DNA of 64,000 bases from the NCBI RefSeq assembly GCF_006345805.1, contig NC_042999.1:103106001-103170000 (forward strand), written 5' to 3'. Positions 1 to 12,558 of this stretch are shown here, piece by piece; position 1 is the stretch's first letter, and each line of letters opens with the position of its first letter. This DNA is from Octopus sinensis (taxonomy: Eukaryota). A program made the translations under genes and the position numbers. The notes beneath the pieces were generated by a model. It had not been told where the DNA came from. It saw only the letters and a list, made by a program, of their open reading frames with translations, and did no database searches.

Positions 1-500
1 AAAACAGCTAAAACAAACCTCAATACAGTTATTGTAAAGCACGGATATCTTTCTATTCAATTTCTGTTGTTGCAATGTATGCCTGTAGCCAACTAATTTT
101 GTTATACTTATTTTGCTTTTCAAAAATCGATTTTGAATGCTTCTGTTTCTTTAGAGGAAGTTATTTTATCTGCTTTTAAGTTATTACTGCGTAATGGCTT
201 ATAGAACTTTCGCACATTGTTTTTAAATATGTAGTTTTTAGACATCAACATATATGTAAATCTAAACCATTTTAATCTTAAGCGAGTATTTTTGCTTTCA
301 GCATTCAAGTGTTTGCAGTAGTGTTTATTAATTTCTTAACACCCCTGTGATATTTAATCATAAAACATTTCTTAATTTTTCTGGAAGGTTTATCTACTTC
401 TGTTTGTAAAATCGTTCTCGCTGCTGAGTATTTGTTCAATGCTTTAATTTACTCTTCCAACTGTCTGCTCTAGTTTGACAACTTCTATTTTTGTAATGAT
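1..500 (-). mobile_element. Degenerate R4/Dong-like (RLE-clade) LINE fragment, pre-RT region
   Basis: Minus-strand translation across frameshifts gives ...NYIFKNNVRKFYKPL...KETEAF/KSIFEKQNKYNKISWL, resembling the N..F..N.K.FY..L and E..FW..IW....N...W blocks upstream of RT in R4/Dong elements. Runs off the window start. Confidence 0.5.
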
Positions 501-816
501 ATATCGTTAGTTTAGCCCTGCATAATTCATAGTAAATACGAAAGCTTATAGGAAATTAATAAACCGAGTATGTCTCGGAATAGAATGGTATGTCAGAATA
601 TTGTAATTTATTATGTCATCTTTGTGTTTACTGGTAGCGCCTCATAGTCTTGGGTGGCATTTAAAAAGAGGTTCTCAAAAGTATGCCTAGCAATTATATC
701 AACATTTTGTAGGTATATGAACGGATGTTTGATACCGGTAATATTAGCAACACTAGTGCCTTCAAACAATGTCTGTTTATACCAACAACTTCAGTAGTAA
801 GGGCGGCCTTGACTGG

Positions 817-947
817 AAAATTGATGTTGTTGCAGTTGTTGTTGTTGTGTTGTTGTTGTTGTTGTTCTTCTTCTTCTTCTTCTTCTTCTTCTTCTTCTTC
901 TTCTTCTTCTTCTTCCTCTTCCTCTTCTTCTTCTTCTTCTTCTTCTT

Positions 948-1006
<59 letters not shown>
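817..1006. repeat. Compound trinucleotide microsatellite (GTT)n-(CTT)n-(ATT)n
   Basis: Read directly; explains the poly-S/F/K/Y ORFs at 725-1138. Confidence 0.95.
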
Positions 1007-1007
<1 letters not shown>

Positions 1008-1009
1008 AA

Positions 1010-1220
1010 GGCGGTGAGCTGGCAGAATCGTTAGCACGCCGAGCAAAATGCTTTGCGGCATTTCGTCCCTCTACGTTTTGTGTTCAAATTTTGCCGAGGT
1101 CGACTTTGCTTTTCATCCTTTCGGGATCGATGAAATAAGTATCAGTTACGTACTGCGCTCGGTATAATCGACTAGCCCCGCCCCCAAAATTTCAGGCCTT
1201 GTGCCTTTAGTAGAAAGGAT
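1010..1220 (+). mobile_element. SINE family A (tRNA-like head, Deu/Nin-like core), full length
   Basis: GGCGGTGAGCTGGCAGAATCGTTAG head with A box; GTTCAAATT B box; core GAGGTCGACTTTGCTTTTCATCCTTTCGGG; (ATT)n tail; many dispersed copies in the window. Confidence 0.85.
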
Positions 1221-1231
1221 TATTATTGTTA

Positions 1232-1287
<56 letters not shown>

Positions 1288-1296
1288 GTGTAGTGA

Positions 1297-1545
1297 GGGC
1301 GCATGAACTGGTTGTTGCACTCATGATCGCGAGATCGTGGTTTCAATTCCTAGACCGGGTGTGCGTTGTGTTCTTGAGCAAGACACTTCATTTTACGTTG
1401 CTCTGCGATCACTTCAACACCCGACGCGTGGTACACACTGCACTTGTTCAGACAATGTCGATTCGATGGAGAGAGTGAGCTAATGTACAACACATACATT
1501 TGATCACTATAAACAAATTAACCGTGCAAGTTGTTCGGCAAAAAA
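1297..1545 (+). mobile_element. SINE family C (tRNA-like head, TTCTTGAGCAAGACAC core)
   Basis: Head with GGTTTCAATTCC B box followed by TGTGTTCTTGAGCAAGACACTT; homologous to 26057-26375. Confidence 0.7.
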
Positions 1546-1591
1546 CTCAGTACTCAATACCTCGTTATTATTATTGTTGTTGGTGTTGTTG

Positions 1592-1646
<55 letters not shown>

Positions 1647-1860
1647 GGCGGCGAGCTGGCAGAATCGTTAGCACGCCGAGAGAAATGCTTAACAGAATTT
1701 CGTCTGCCGTTACGTTCTGAGCTTAAATTCCGCCGAGGTCGACTTTGCTTTTCATCTTTTTGGGGTCGATAAATTAAGTACCAATGAAACATTGGGGTCG
1801 ATATAATCGACTAACGCCCCCCCCAAAAAATTTCAGGCTTTCTGCCTTTAGTAGAAAGCG
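1647..1860 (+). mobile_element. SINE family A, full length
   Basis: Same head, core and tail as 1010-1220; flanked by (ATT)n. Confidence 0.85.
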
Positions 1861-1872
1861 TTATTATTATTA

Positions 1873-1905
<33 letters not shown>

Positions 1906-1906
<1 letters not shown>

Positions 1907-2890
1907 GGGGAATGCTTATTTCATCTCTGTTATCATTTATCGCCTGACCGTCGTGCCTTGTCCCGGTTACTACTTGACCAGGCTGGAGAGTCTCTTATTA
2001 AAATTCTTGTGGAAGGGACGCCTTCCAATTGTCAGACGGTCAGTCTGTTACCAGCATCCTCTGAGTGGCGGATTAGGTATGCCGTGTATCCTAACGCGCA
2101 GACACCCTCTTATGTTACGCCACCTGCAACGGTTTCTGGATGCTGAGTGCGTGGAGGCTCCGCTTGTGCGGTTCGTCTTCCCGCAGCTCATTTCCTGGAC
2201 TGAGCTGCAGTCCTGGGTAAAGAAAAGACTGAGACGATGTACTTGGCACATAGAATGCCGTCAGGCGCTCACAACCTTCTACCAGTCGGACAATGGCATT
2301 GGTGGATGTTCCGCTTTAGAAATTTATAGAGGACTAGCAGTATCGCCCGTCGTTGCTCGGGTTTGTAAGGGAAATAACTATATAAGCATTTTTAGAGAGT
2401 TATAGCCAAAAAATAGCAAAAAAATGCATTAAAAATGGAAAAAATGATGGTAATTTTTTTTTTAAATCGTTGACTCATCGTAGACATTTTTAGAGAGTTA
2501 CTTCCCTTATATAATAGCGAAAAAATACATTAAAATGGAAAAAAACGATGGTAATTTTTTTTTAAATCGTAGACTCATCGTAGACATTTTTAGAGAGTTA
2601 CTTCCCTTATATAATAGCGAAGAAAATGCATTAAAATGGAAAAAAACGATGGTAAATTTTTTTTTAAATCGTAGACTCATCGTAGACGCGCGCTAATACC
2701 CAGAAAGGCTCGATATGAATCACGATTATAAGATACCCGGTTTTAGTTAAACTGCACCGCAAAATGTTGGAGTAATTAGGAATCTAGATCGTAGGAGACA
2801 GACACACAACCTCTCTTTTATATATAAAGATTAGTGGCGGGGAAGTGCGACGGCGGTTATCAACAGTGAGAGGAGGAGAGTCAAGTGATG
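1906..2890 (+). mobile_element. Tx1/L1-clade LINE ORF2 fragment (post-RT), interrupted by a Helitron at 2334-2830
   Basis: ORF 1905-2405: ISVIIYRL...LLKFLWKG...VCYQHPLSGGLGMP matches the FLW....GGLG.P motif of L1/Tx1 ORF2; frame resumes after 2830. Confidence 0.75.
2334..2830 (-). mobile_element. Non-autonomous Helitron
   Basis: On the minus strand it starts TC and ends with hairpin CCCG-AGCAACGA-CGGG then CTAG. Inserted between A and T with no TSD. Contains ~100-bp internal tandem subrepeats (about 2387-2690). Confidence 0.85.
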
Positions 2891-3117
2891 CGAAAAAGTG
2901 ACAGCGGTTGTTGTCACATTTTACGGTTGCTGGTGAATGGGTATGCTTGTATATTTTTAGATTATACCTTCATAATCATGACACCCTTCACTAACATGAA
3001 CATTATCATCAACATCACCATCATCATCGCCATCGGTGTTGTTGTCGTTATCCGCATTACAACCTCCAGGACCCAAAAGTCTCGCATTGTTTAGACCTTA
3101 CCCAGCAAGTCCCTGTA

Positions 3118-3170
<53 letters not shown>

Positions 3171-3212
3171 TACATACATACATACATATGTAAAAGAGAA
3201 TATATATATATA

Positions 3213-3632
3213 TATTCTCTTTTACTCTTTTACTTGTTTCAGCCATATAACTGTGGCCATACTGGAGCATCGCCTTTAGTCGCGCAAATCGAACCCAGGA
3301 CTTATTCTTTGTAATCCTAGTACTTATTCTATCGGTCTCTTTTGCCGAACCGCTAGTTATGGGGACGTAAACACACCAGCATCGGTTGTCAACCGAGGTT
3401 GGGTGGGAGGACAAATACAGGCACAGAAACATATATACACACACACATACATATATATATATATACACATATATGACGGGCTTCTTTCAGTTTCTGTGTA
3501 CCAAATACACTCACAAGGCTCTGGTTGGCCCGAGGCTATAGTAGAAGACACTTGCCCAAGGTGCCACACAGTGGCACTGAACCCGGAACCATGTGTTTCG
3601 TAAGCAAGCTACTTACCACACAGCCTCTCCTA
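3213..3632 (-). mobile_element. SINE family B, full length
   Basis: Reverse complement of the 19112-19520 type: tRNA-like head, GGCACCTTGGGCAAGTGTCTTCTAC core, (AGAGTAAA)n tail. Confidence 0.85.
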
Positions 3633-3654
3633 CTCCTATATATATGAAATAGAA

Positions 3655-4080
3655 TTATTCGAAGGCTTGTAGAGCAGCCGAACATGTAATAGAACACTTC
3701 ATAAATATCTCCTTCGGATAACACCACCAATAGGAGAGAATATGACCAAAAACTGCGTGTACTCAATCCCATGCAGCTGTGGTGGGTTATACAAAGGCGA
3801 AACATGCCGCGAAACATGCTGCCCCTCAAAATAAGGGTAGAGGAACATCGCAAAGCTGTGACACGAGAAGATATTCATAAATCGGGTGTAGCTGATCATG
3901 TATGGAAAAATGGAGACCATCTCCCCCTGTGGTACGAAGTTAAAATAATAGACAGAACACCACTGGAAAATACGAAAACTAAAAGTAGCAGCACATATGC
4001 TAGGACACAACAACCTCCTAAGCAGACCGAGTGCAGATATGAGCAGCATATGGGAACCGGTATTAAGGAAGGATAGAAAA
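3655..4080 (+). mobile_element. Penelope-like element GIY-YIG endonuclease fragment (pseudogenised)
   Basis: VYSIPCSCGGLYKGETCR...LKIRVEEHRK...KSGVADHVW matches the VY.IPC.CG..YIGET.R...R..EH GIY-YIG signature of Penelope-like elements; frameshifted. Confidence 0.85.
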
Positions 4081-4124
4081 TATTAGATTTATAAACCCTA
4101 AAAATTCACTCCATAGTTACCCAC

Positions 4125-4330
4125 GGATATATGGCGTAGTGATTAAGAGCGTGGGTTACTAACCGCAAGATTCCGAGTTCGGTTCCAGGCAGAATAATAA
4201 TAATAATAATAATTACATCGAAAAATCCGTTAGGAATTTTCCCAAGACACCTGATGAAGGCTGGAGGGTATATGTTGTGTTAACAACAAACAAGATGGGG
4301 ACATGTATCCGTCCAGGAGGAATAAGGAAC
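4125..4330 (+). mobile_element. Penelope 3' region with tRNA-like head and partial hammerhead remnant
   Basis: TGGCGTAGTGATT (A box-like) and GAGTTCGGTTCC (B box-like), (AAT)n, then ACAC-CTGATGA-AGGCTG...GTTGTGT. The downstream part is similar to 9036-9110. Confidence 0.55.
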
Positions 4331-5443
4331 ATTGAAGTATCTTGAAATTGTACGAGTGATAATTATTGTAATTTATTGTAAACTACGACAACATCAGATT
4401 ATGAACGTGGTTTGTGATTTAAAAAATATCTTGTGATTTACCTTCAATAAAAAGTGAAGTTTTCTTACAACCTCCTGTGTAGTTGTCAGCATCCGCCTGC
4501 ATTTTGAAGTGCCTGAAATATTTTGTATCAGCGAAATACATTATATCGCGTGTCCATGGTGTGCAAATGTATGTACACTACATTCTTCGTGTGTGTATGA
4601 CATGCAAATATAATTACATTATATCCCTCGTATGTTTATGACATGCAAATATCGGTCGCACTAGGAAAACTTTTATTAGGAACACCTAAGAAGAATTTTA
4701 CTCTCAACTATAATATAAATTTGTATTTATTATAAACTTCTTAATATTTGACTTAATGTGATTTGAACTGCTATATGTTATAAGACCCAAAGGAAAGCAA
4801 TAACGAAACCCGGAATGTATAGGTAAGTGGTGCATTAGACAGTTACTCCATAACTAAAATGTCGGTTCCGTGGACATCCTGTCACGATGCTGCTATGTAC
4901 AGATATAAGTCACCGACGATTAATATAGCTTGCGAAGATGTTTATCAGATAAGTAGAAATTTCACGAGAGAAAACATAAAATTCACAAAACAGGATTTAA
5001 ATATCATTTAACAAAAATAATCTGACATCCTCAACAACAAAGATTTCATGTAAGATAAGAATTATGGCTGTCGGAACTATATTCTCAATCACTCTGAAAA
5101 AGATATCCATAACATCAAAAATATCTGATCTTATGACTGCAATCATCAATATGGTAAACGACTTGGTCAAGCTCCTTATATATAGATTCCACTATTGGAA
5201 GTAGATATCAACGTATAGAATGCAAGTGCATGCGAAGTGCGAACTGAATTCAATTGACAGAAGTAATATTATTAGAATGCACTTATATAAACTTCACGAA
5301 AAATACATTAAAACACATTCATATAAATTTATCTACGTGACATAAATATATCCCCACACGAACAATTTATATATCACTCATATAAACATACATTCAGATG
5401 CTGCTGTACACATACCAACCTTCATATATGCATATACGTGTGC

Positions 5444-5481
<38 letters not shown>

Positions 5482-5482
5482 A

Positions 5483-5880
5483 TGTAGGAGTGACTGTATG
5501 ATAAGTTACTTGCTTACCACCCATATGGTTCCGGGTTCAGTCCCACTGCGTGGCACCTTGTGCTAGTGTCTTTTACTGTAGTCTTGGGCCGACCAAAGCA
5601 TTGTGAGTGGATTTAGTAGACGGAAAATGAAAGAAGCCCGTCGTATATATAAATATATATGTGTGTGTGTGTATATATGTTTGTGTATCTGTGCTTGTCC
5701 ACCCACCATCGCTTGACAACCGATGTTGGTGTGTTTAAGTCCCCGTCACTTAGCGGTTCGGCAAAAGAGACCGATAGAATAAGTACTAGGCTTACAAAAA
5801 TAAGACCTAAAGTCGATTTGTTCGACTAAAGGCGTTACTCCAGCGTGTTCGCAGTCAAATGACTGAAACAAATAAAAGAA
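5483..5880 (+). mobile_element. SINE family B, full length
   Basis: Collinear with 19112-19520. Confidence 0.85.
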
Positions 5881-5892
5881 TATATATGTAGA

Positions 5893-5970
<78 letters not shown>

Positions 5971-6615
5971 CATATATATATATACATGCATACACACAAA
6001 CACACATACATTACATATATTAAAATGAAGTAGATTTATTGAAGCATTGTACTGTACGTCATTAGAGACCTGTTGGATAAAATCGGAACAAAGCGAGAAG
6101 ATATAAAATAAACTACAAAAAATGGAAAACAAAAAGTTATAGGTTTTCCTTTTATTTCTATATTTTGGGGCTATGATCCCATCTTCAGGACACGTGGAAA
6201 ATCAAAAGATGGAAAAAGTCGTTGCTCAAACGTGTGTGAGAGGAAAATAACAAGCGCCAACTGGTGCTGCCTTAGTGATCCGTCTGTTTCATGTAGTTCA
6301 TTTCTGTTATTTATGGCCGGCCTCAGTTACAAAGGAAGGTATCCATGATTCTGAAATTGTTTCAGTTGCGATAATGGTGATGATTTCTCCACTCTTCCTC
6401 ACCATTAATTGCTTTAGTTACTGTATTCATAATTATGTTTGCAATCACATAGAAAAGTATACATATGTCTGTGTATATGCATGTTTATGCATGTTTGTAT
6501 GTCATTATTGAGTTTTATTTCAAGATTTCTTGCCAATAGAGATATGTTTTTTTTTATGTATATATGTATGCATTCTCATGCATATACTTGCATGTCTAGA
6601 CATGTGCATATATAC

Positions 6616-7040
6616 TTAAATGATCGACTTCTGGAAAGGTTTACAGATTTTTACAGTGCCAGTGATGGAATGGATCTGTAGCCTTCGAATCAGCTTTCTC
6701 CTTTCTGGTTTTGTGAAGCCCAATTTCTGAAGATTGGTACTGAGGCAATGTGTTACATATTACAATGCTCCTAAATTTACAGGCATAAACCCTAACTTGT
6801 AATCCGGATAGAGTATCTGCAGATTTCTTGATAGTTCAACGCAGGTAATCTATTTTTCATTGATCTTTAGCTTTATGCTAAAATTCACTGAGCAACTGAT
6901 TTCCCCAACTATACGCTGTTTCTCTTCCCAATCCCAAATCCCTATCTCAAGTCTATCATGTTTACATTTTGAGTTTTTCACTGGGATATTCCACCAGTAC
7001 TCATTTCTGTTATAAGTAGCTATGGCTTCTGCCACTTTAT
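6616..7040 (-). mobile_element. RLE-clade (R4/Dong/NeSL-like) LINE endonuclease fragment
   Basis: EYWWNIPVK..CKHDRLEIGIWDWEEK...EISCSV...KINEK...LQILYPDYK...LGAL...LQIHSITGTVKICK is a degenerate restriction-like endonuclease C-terminus. Confidence 0.65.
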
Positions 7041-7066
7041 GGATTCTTATTTCTTTGTATGAATGA

Positions 7067-7150
7067 ATGAATGAATGTATGTATGTATGTATGTATGTAT
7101 GTATGTATGTATGTATGTATGTATGTATGTATGTATGTATGCATGCATGT
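7067..7150. repeat. (ATGT)n microsatellite
   Basis: Read directly. Confidence 0.9.
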
Positions 7151-7235
7151 ATCTATGTGTGTATCTTGACGTCAAGGGAACCTTTCGAATTTTTCTATCC
7201 AGAAGGGATTTTTCAGCCTAATAATTACATGCTAG

Positions 7236-7355
7236 AAGGTGACAATCTCGCAGAATCAGTAGCAGTCGGGGCAAAATGCTTAGCAGCATTTCATCCGTCT
7301 TTACGTTCTGAGTTCAAATTCTACCGAGGTTGACTTTGCCTTTCGTTCCTTTCAG
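7236..7355 (+). mobile_element. SINE family A, 5' half
   Basis: Head plus GAGTTCAAATTC and GAGGTTGACTTTGCCTTT. Confidence 0.7.
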
Positions 7356-7640
7356 AAAAAGTGAATATGCAATTCGAGATCTAATTCGTGTCTGCGCGCG
7401 CGCGTGGTCTTGTGTGCGCGATGTGTGGGTTGTGTGTGTGAGCTGTGTGTGTATGTGTACACACACACATATATATATATGAATATATATTTCGCCATGT
7501 TAGACCGCTAAAATTTACGCGTGAGCTCGAAACGTAACAGACTCTTTCATCTTTCCGGAGCGTAAAACTAATACATTTGCCTGTCTTCGTCTTTTGTTTT
7601 TCTATAAATTTCAACTATACATGCATACATACATTCATAC

Positions 7641-7689
<49 letters not shown>

Positions 7690-7699
7690 CATACATATA

Positions 7700-7990
7700 T
7701 ATAAACACAAAAGAGGGACAACAAAATATCCTGACAGACCATACTAGGAAAACAAGGACGGATCATTCGGAGTTTTCTATCCTCAGTCGAGTTGCAGATT
7801 ATCTTTGCAATTTTGACTGGTTATACTCGAGATTGCTCCAATCTGGCCAGCCCCAAGGGAAAAATAAGCTAAGAGCATTAGATTCCTTGGAAGAGAGCAG
7901 CGAATGTATACGAAAACAAGGACGGAAAAAAAACAGACAGATGTTACACAAATACAACAGGACATAACAACAGGTGTCTTTCGACTAACG
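7700..7990 (-). repeat. Dispersed ~280-bp repeat; second copy at 51460-51700 (+)
   Basis: The reverse complement aligns with 51460-51700 (GTCGAAAGACACCTG...GAGGATAGAAAACTCCGAATGA). Internal direct repeat AAAACAAGGACGGA. Confidence 0.75.
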
Positions 7991-8376
7991 ACTAATTAAA
8001 TTAAGCTGGCGTATGTAAAAGTAAAGCCTTACGGCAGGGACATACGATTTAACAAACACAGGAACGAATACATTTGTTTCAACCAAGAAAGAAAGGTCAG
8101 GCCTGGCCGAACACCTGGTATGTGGGGAGAGAAGAGAGAGGGGTAGAGGCAGAGAGATAGAAAAGTTAAGGAGGGGCGAGAGAAAAATCAAAGAGACTCA
8201 TTGAAGTGAAAGAGGGAAAGTCTGCATGAAGAGAAGGCCAGGAAATGTGAGAGAGGGGGAACAAAAGAACGAAGAATGGAATGAACGAAGTGTGAAAGGG
8301 ATGACAGAAAGAACAAAAGAATAAAAGAATACAAAGAACAATAGAGTCGTGTATATATATATATTATATATATATA

Positions 8377-8414
<38 letters not shown>

Positions 8415-10690
8415 CACATAGGTTAGTAGAGTTAGAGTTTGGAATAACTGTCTAAGGGATAAAAATATCCGTTTTAACAACCAGTATAATTACCTATGTT
8501 AACCTTGGACATACATTTTCAAGCATTTTATGCTCCTATGTTTCATGCAATGACAAAGGCAAGCATGGGTTTATCAGGAATCAAATTTAAAGTAAACAGA
8601 AAATGGAGAAATATTGATCAACAACAAGTGACTAACATCAATGATTACTTTTTAATGCTTGGGTACTGTAGCTGTTAGTTCGGAAATTAAACTTTGCATT
8701 ATAATTCTCTAAATGTAGGTCACTTCCCTAGTCATTACCTCTCCTTAATTGTAGTCTCCACTTATCGTAGTTTACACCTTATCTCCCTCCCTATTTCATT
8801 TCCTACTAATTAATTCCTATCTTTGTCTACTAATTTCCCACTCCTATTTTATAAAACATTTGTCTATTTTCCCACCCAAACGTCCAAATAGCGACCTCTC
8901 TAGGTTTTAATGACACTGCGAGTGTTGTTCATTCCTTCGTATTGTGCTTGTTAACATGTTTGTTTTTTTTATTTACAATGTCTTAAGCGGTTTTGAGCCA
9001 CTTACAACATATTCTACGGTTCCATACTTTTGCGAGGACAAATATCCGTCAAATGTAAATAATGTAAATAATGTACACAATTCCTCATCTTTTAAATATA
9101 GAACTGTATTACTTCAATGTTCTTGAATAAAGGGAAAGTCTGGAGCAGAAAAAAACGTTTTAGTTGTCCTTAAAACACCTTCGCGATGTTACATTTTGTG
9201 CAGTATATGAGTTAAATTTATGGAGCTTCATGTCTGAAATTATTGAAGTATCAAGGAATTTCCATTAAAATAGTGTGCAAGTTTTTTGTTTTCTCTCTGT
9301 ATATTTCCTATATATCCTTTGCTACGGTGGAACCAAATCTAGAATAAAACCCTGGACATAGATGCTCTTTTCTTTTGTAATGTTTACCAGCAATCCTTCA
9401 ATTTTCAGAATCTGAGGAGAACGCTCTCACATTCAGGCAAGTGTATGAATATTAGAGGTATTATTACGTAACTTTTCATGATACTTTATTAAATAAATTT
9501 CTTCCGTGTATTCTGGGATTAATGAAGTCCTTTTATTCGGCATGGGTACGGTACATTTAAGTCACGAACAATACCAGGGCTACATATCCTGGCGAACATT
9601 TTTCATCGATATATTTAATACCATAACTAACAGTTGAGATCGCATTCGCTCTACTCTTTGAACCTTCTGCTGAATAACCGGCTTTCCTTGCACACTTTTA
9701 TATATCACACCAATGTACTATCGCAAAGCCATTAAATAACTTTAACGGTATATGCTATCACTTTTCTGCTGAAATGACAGTGTAAATATTATCTAAGTTC
9801 GGCAGAAGGTATAAGCACAAACATACAGGCACATAAACACAGACAGAGTCACATACAAATGCTTACACACACGCGCATGCACATAACCCCCCCCCCCCAC
9901 ACACACACACACATCCACACAAATGCAAACGTGTGTGTGCGCGTCTGGAATTTGAACTTACTATAAAGTTCAGATTTCAAGATGTAGCATCAGAATGTTT
10001 TTCGTGACTACAATAGTTAATATTGTTAATATTGGAGAAGACGAAAATCGTAATGATTTCTGGACGCAATGATCTCTCGACAATACGAATGCTCTATAGT
10101 TTAAGGTATACATGCAAGCAAGCTGATTATAGCATTCATATATGATGGCGGAAACTTAAGTCGGCGAGCTGGCAGAATTATTACCGTTTGTAGTAGAAAG
10201 AAAGAATATATGATTAGTAGACTGTTTCTGTCTCTTCTACCGCTCTTTTCCTCAGTCTTCCACTGTTTCTACTAATTTCAAAGATGAGAGTTCTGTAATC
10301 CACGGAACTAACTTCTTAATGGACTATACTACAAGTGACAATTGCGCAATTAGCACAGTTATCTGGTAGACTCAGGATTACATTGTACGCAAATAAGGCG
10401 GACGTTTGTCTTACGAATTAAATTTATTCAGCAGCTTACTTGCAAAGCTACATTTTATCTGAAACTATGCCAGAGAGACGGACGGACAGGAACAAAGCTT
10501 GTCCACTGAATTGCGCGTTGATCAAGATCGAGTCTCGAAACATGTGGTTACAAAACAAACTTCTTAATCACACAATCAAATGCATATTTTTCTCACACTT
10601 CTCCTCTCACCTTCTCCCTCAGTGCCTCATGCTTTCCGTCTCTCTCTGCGTAAGTGTGTGTGCCTGTGTGTATGTGTGTACATATATATC

Positions 10691-10783
<93 letters not shown>

Positions 10784-10895
10784 CTTAAATCCACACACAT
10801 AGAAATATATATGTGTGTGTCTGTATATGTGTCTATCTCTATATCTATATATACATATATATATATATACACACATACATATATATATACATACA

Positions 10896-10936
<41 letters not shown>

Positions 10937-10938
<2 letters not shown>

Positions 10939-11382
10939 CTTAGAATAACTTAGAAAGGTTTTGGCCAGTATTGGCCCAGGCCATGTCTAACTTAATAGCA
11001 CCACCTGGTGAAGTCTTTCAGTTCAGGATTTGGGCACCAAAGCCCATTCGAGCAGAGAGCTATTGTTTGCGGAGACATATCCGGGTGTGGGTGGTTTGTC
11101 CGGTACTGTTTGAAGGAATTTGTCCAAAGACTTCTTGAATTTTGTGTGGTCAGTTTCTTTTTTGACGTGCCCTGGTGTAATGTTGAAGAGAGCAGGTCCA
11201 ATTGAGGTGAAATAGTTGTGCCGTATTGTCGTTATGTGATGCGATTTAGATTTTTGTTGTGGACGGATGGCACGTGGTCCAAGCCTTGGATGCATTTTGA
11301 AGGTGATGCCAAAATCATTCGGACAGTGCTGGTGGAATATTTTCCACATCATACAGATAATGTAGCGTTCACGCCGTTGTTT
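10937..11382 (-). mobile_element. CR1/L2-group LINE 3' end
   Basis: ORF 11023-11352 with FTSIGPALFN...FKKSLDKFLQTVPDKPP...NSSLLEW; 3' UTR GGTGGTGCTATTAAGTTAGACATGGCC; (TTCTAAGTTA)-like tail; (TA)n on both sides. Confidence 0.85.
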
Positions 11383-11543
11383 ATATATATATAAATGTGC
11401 GTGGCCTAGTGGTTATGATGCTGCATCGACGAACTTGCGATCGTGATTTCGGTGGCGTATTGTGATGAGTCATCTGCAACAACGTCCGATTGTTTTGTTG
11501 ATACGGTGATATATATATACACTCACACACACACACACACACA

Positions 11544-11580
<37 letters not shown>

Positions 11581-11595
11581 CATATATGTGTATAT

Positions 11596-11647
<52 letters not shown>

Positions 11648-11822
11648 CATATATGTGTGTGTGTGTGTTAACGTGTACACGCATTATTGCCTTCTGGACA
11701 GGTTCTTTCTACCAAATTGTAAGAGGCTATAGAAAGTTACAATTGTTGATGGTGCTGGAACGCAGCGAGAGAGAACCTGCATACATATGTTTGCAAGGCC
11801 TAATTCTGAACTCAGCAGCCTG

Positions 11823-11855
<33 letters not shown>

Positions 11856-11856
11856 A

Positions 11857-11943
<87 letters not shown>

Positions 11944-11945
<2 letters not shown>

Positions 11946-12322
11946 TCCTTTCTACTTTAGGCACGAGGCCCGAAATTTTAGGGAATGAGGCCAGTAGATT
12001 AGATCACTAGGCAACTGGTACTTAATTTATCGAACCCAAAGTCGACCTCAGCGGAATTTGAAGTCAGAACGTAAAACCAGACGAAATACCTATTTCTTTA
12101 CTACCCACAAGGGGCTAAACACAGAAGGGACAAACAAGGACAGACAAACGGATTAAGTCGATTATATCGACCCCAGTGCGTAACTGGTACTTATTTAATC
12201 GACCCCGAAATGATGAATGTCAAAGTCGACCTCGGCGGAATTTGAACTCAGAACGTAGCGACAAACGAAATACTGCTGACCATTTCACCCGGCGTGCTTA
12301 CAATTCTGCCAGCTCGCCGCCT
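11944..12322 (-). mobile_element. Two family A SINEs, nested or abutting (3' half at 11944-12089; variant-tail full copy at 12090-12322)
   Basis: The core AAAGTCGACCTC..CGGAATTTGAA occurs twice; one head (ending CTCGCCGCC) at 12322. Confidence 0.75.
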
Positions 12323-12373
12323 TATGAATATATGTATAATGTAATTAATATGTGTTTATATGTGTATGTCTGC

Positions 12374-12434
<61 letters not shown>

Positions 12435-12475
12435 CATCTATCTATCTATCTATCTATTTATCTATCTATCTATCT

Positions 12476-12558
<83 letters not shown>

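Noticed and set aside
725-1138. ORFs with poly-S/F/K/Y/I/H tracts here and throughout (YI, CV, HT repeats)
   Set aside because: Translations of microsatellites; no coding signal.
4125-4192. Functional tRNA gene (also the SINE heads)
   Set aside because: A/B boxes are present, but no complete cloverleaf or acceptor stem could be drawn.
6150-6196. Minus-strand CUGAAGA-U-GGG...CCC-C-AAAA, Penelope-LTR-like
   Set aside because: G12 is missing and no stem I/III closure; at most a fossil.
4785-9436. Plus-strand micro-exon candidates (4785-4822 with a GTAAGT donor; about 9409-9436 with a GCAAGT donor)
   Set aside because: Very short, phases not consecutive, no homology; expected by chance in 64 kb.
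10518-10550. TTGATCA-AGATCGAGTCTC-GAAA-CATG-TG hammerhead-like string
   Set aside because: Several core mismatches, H17=G and no stem I.
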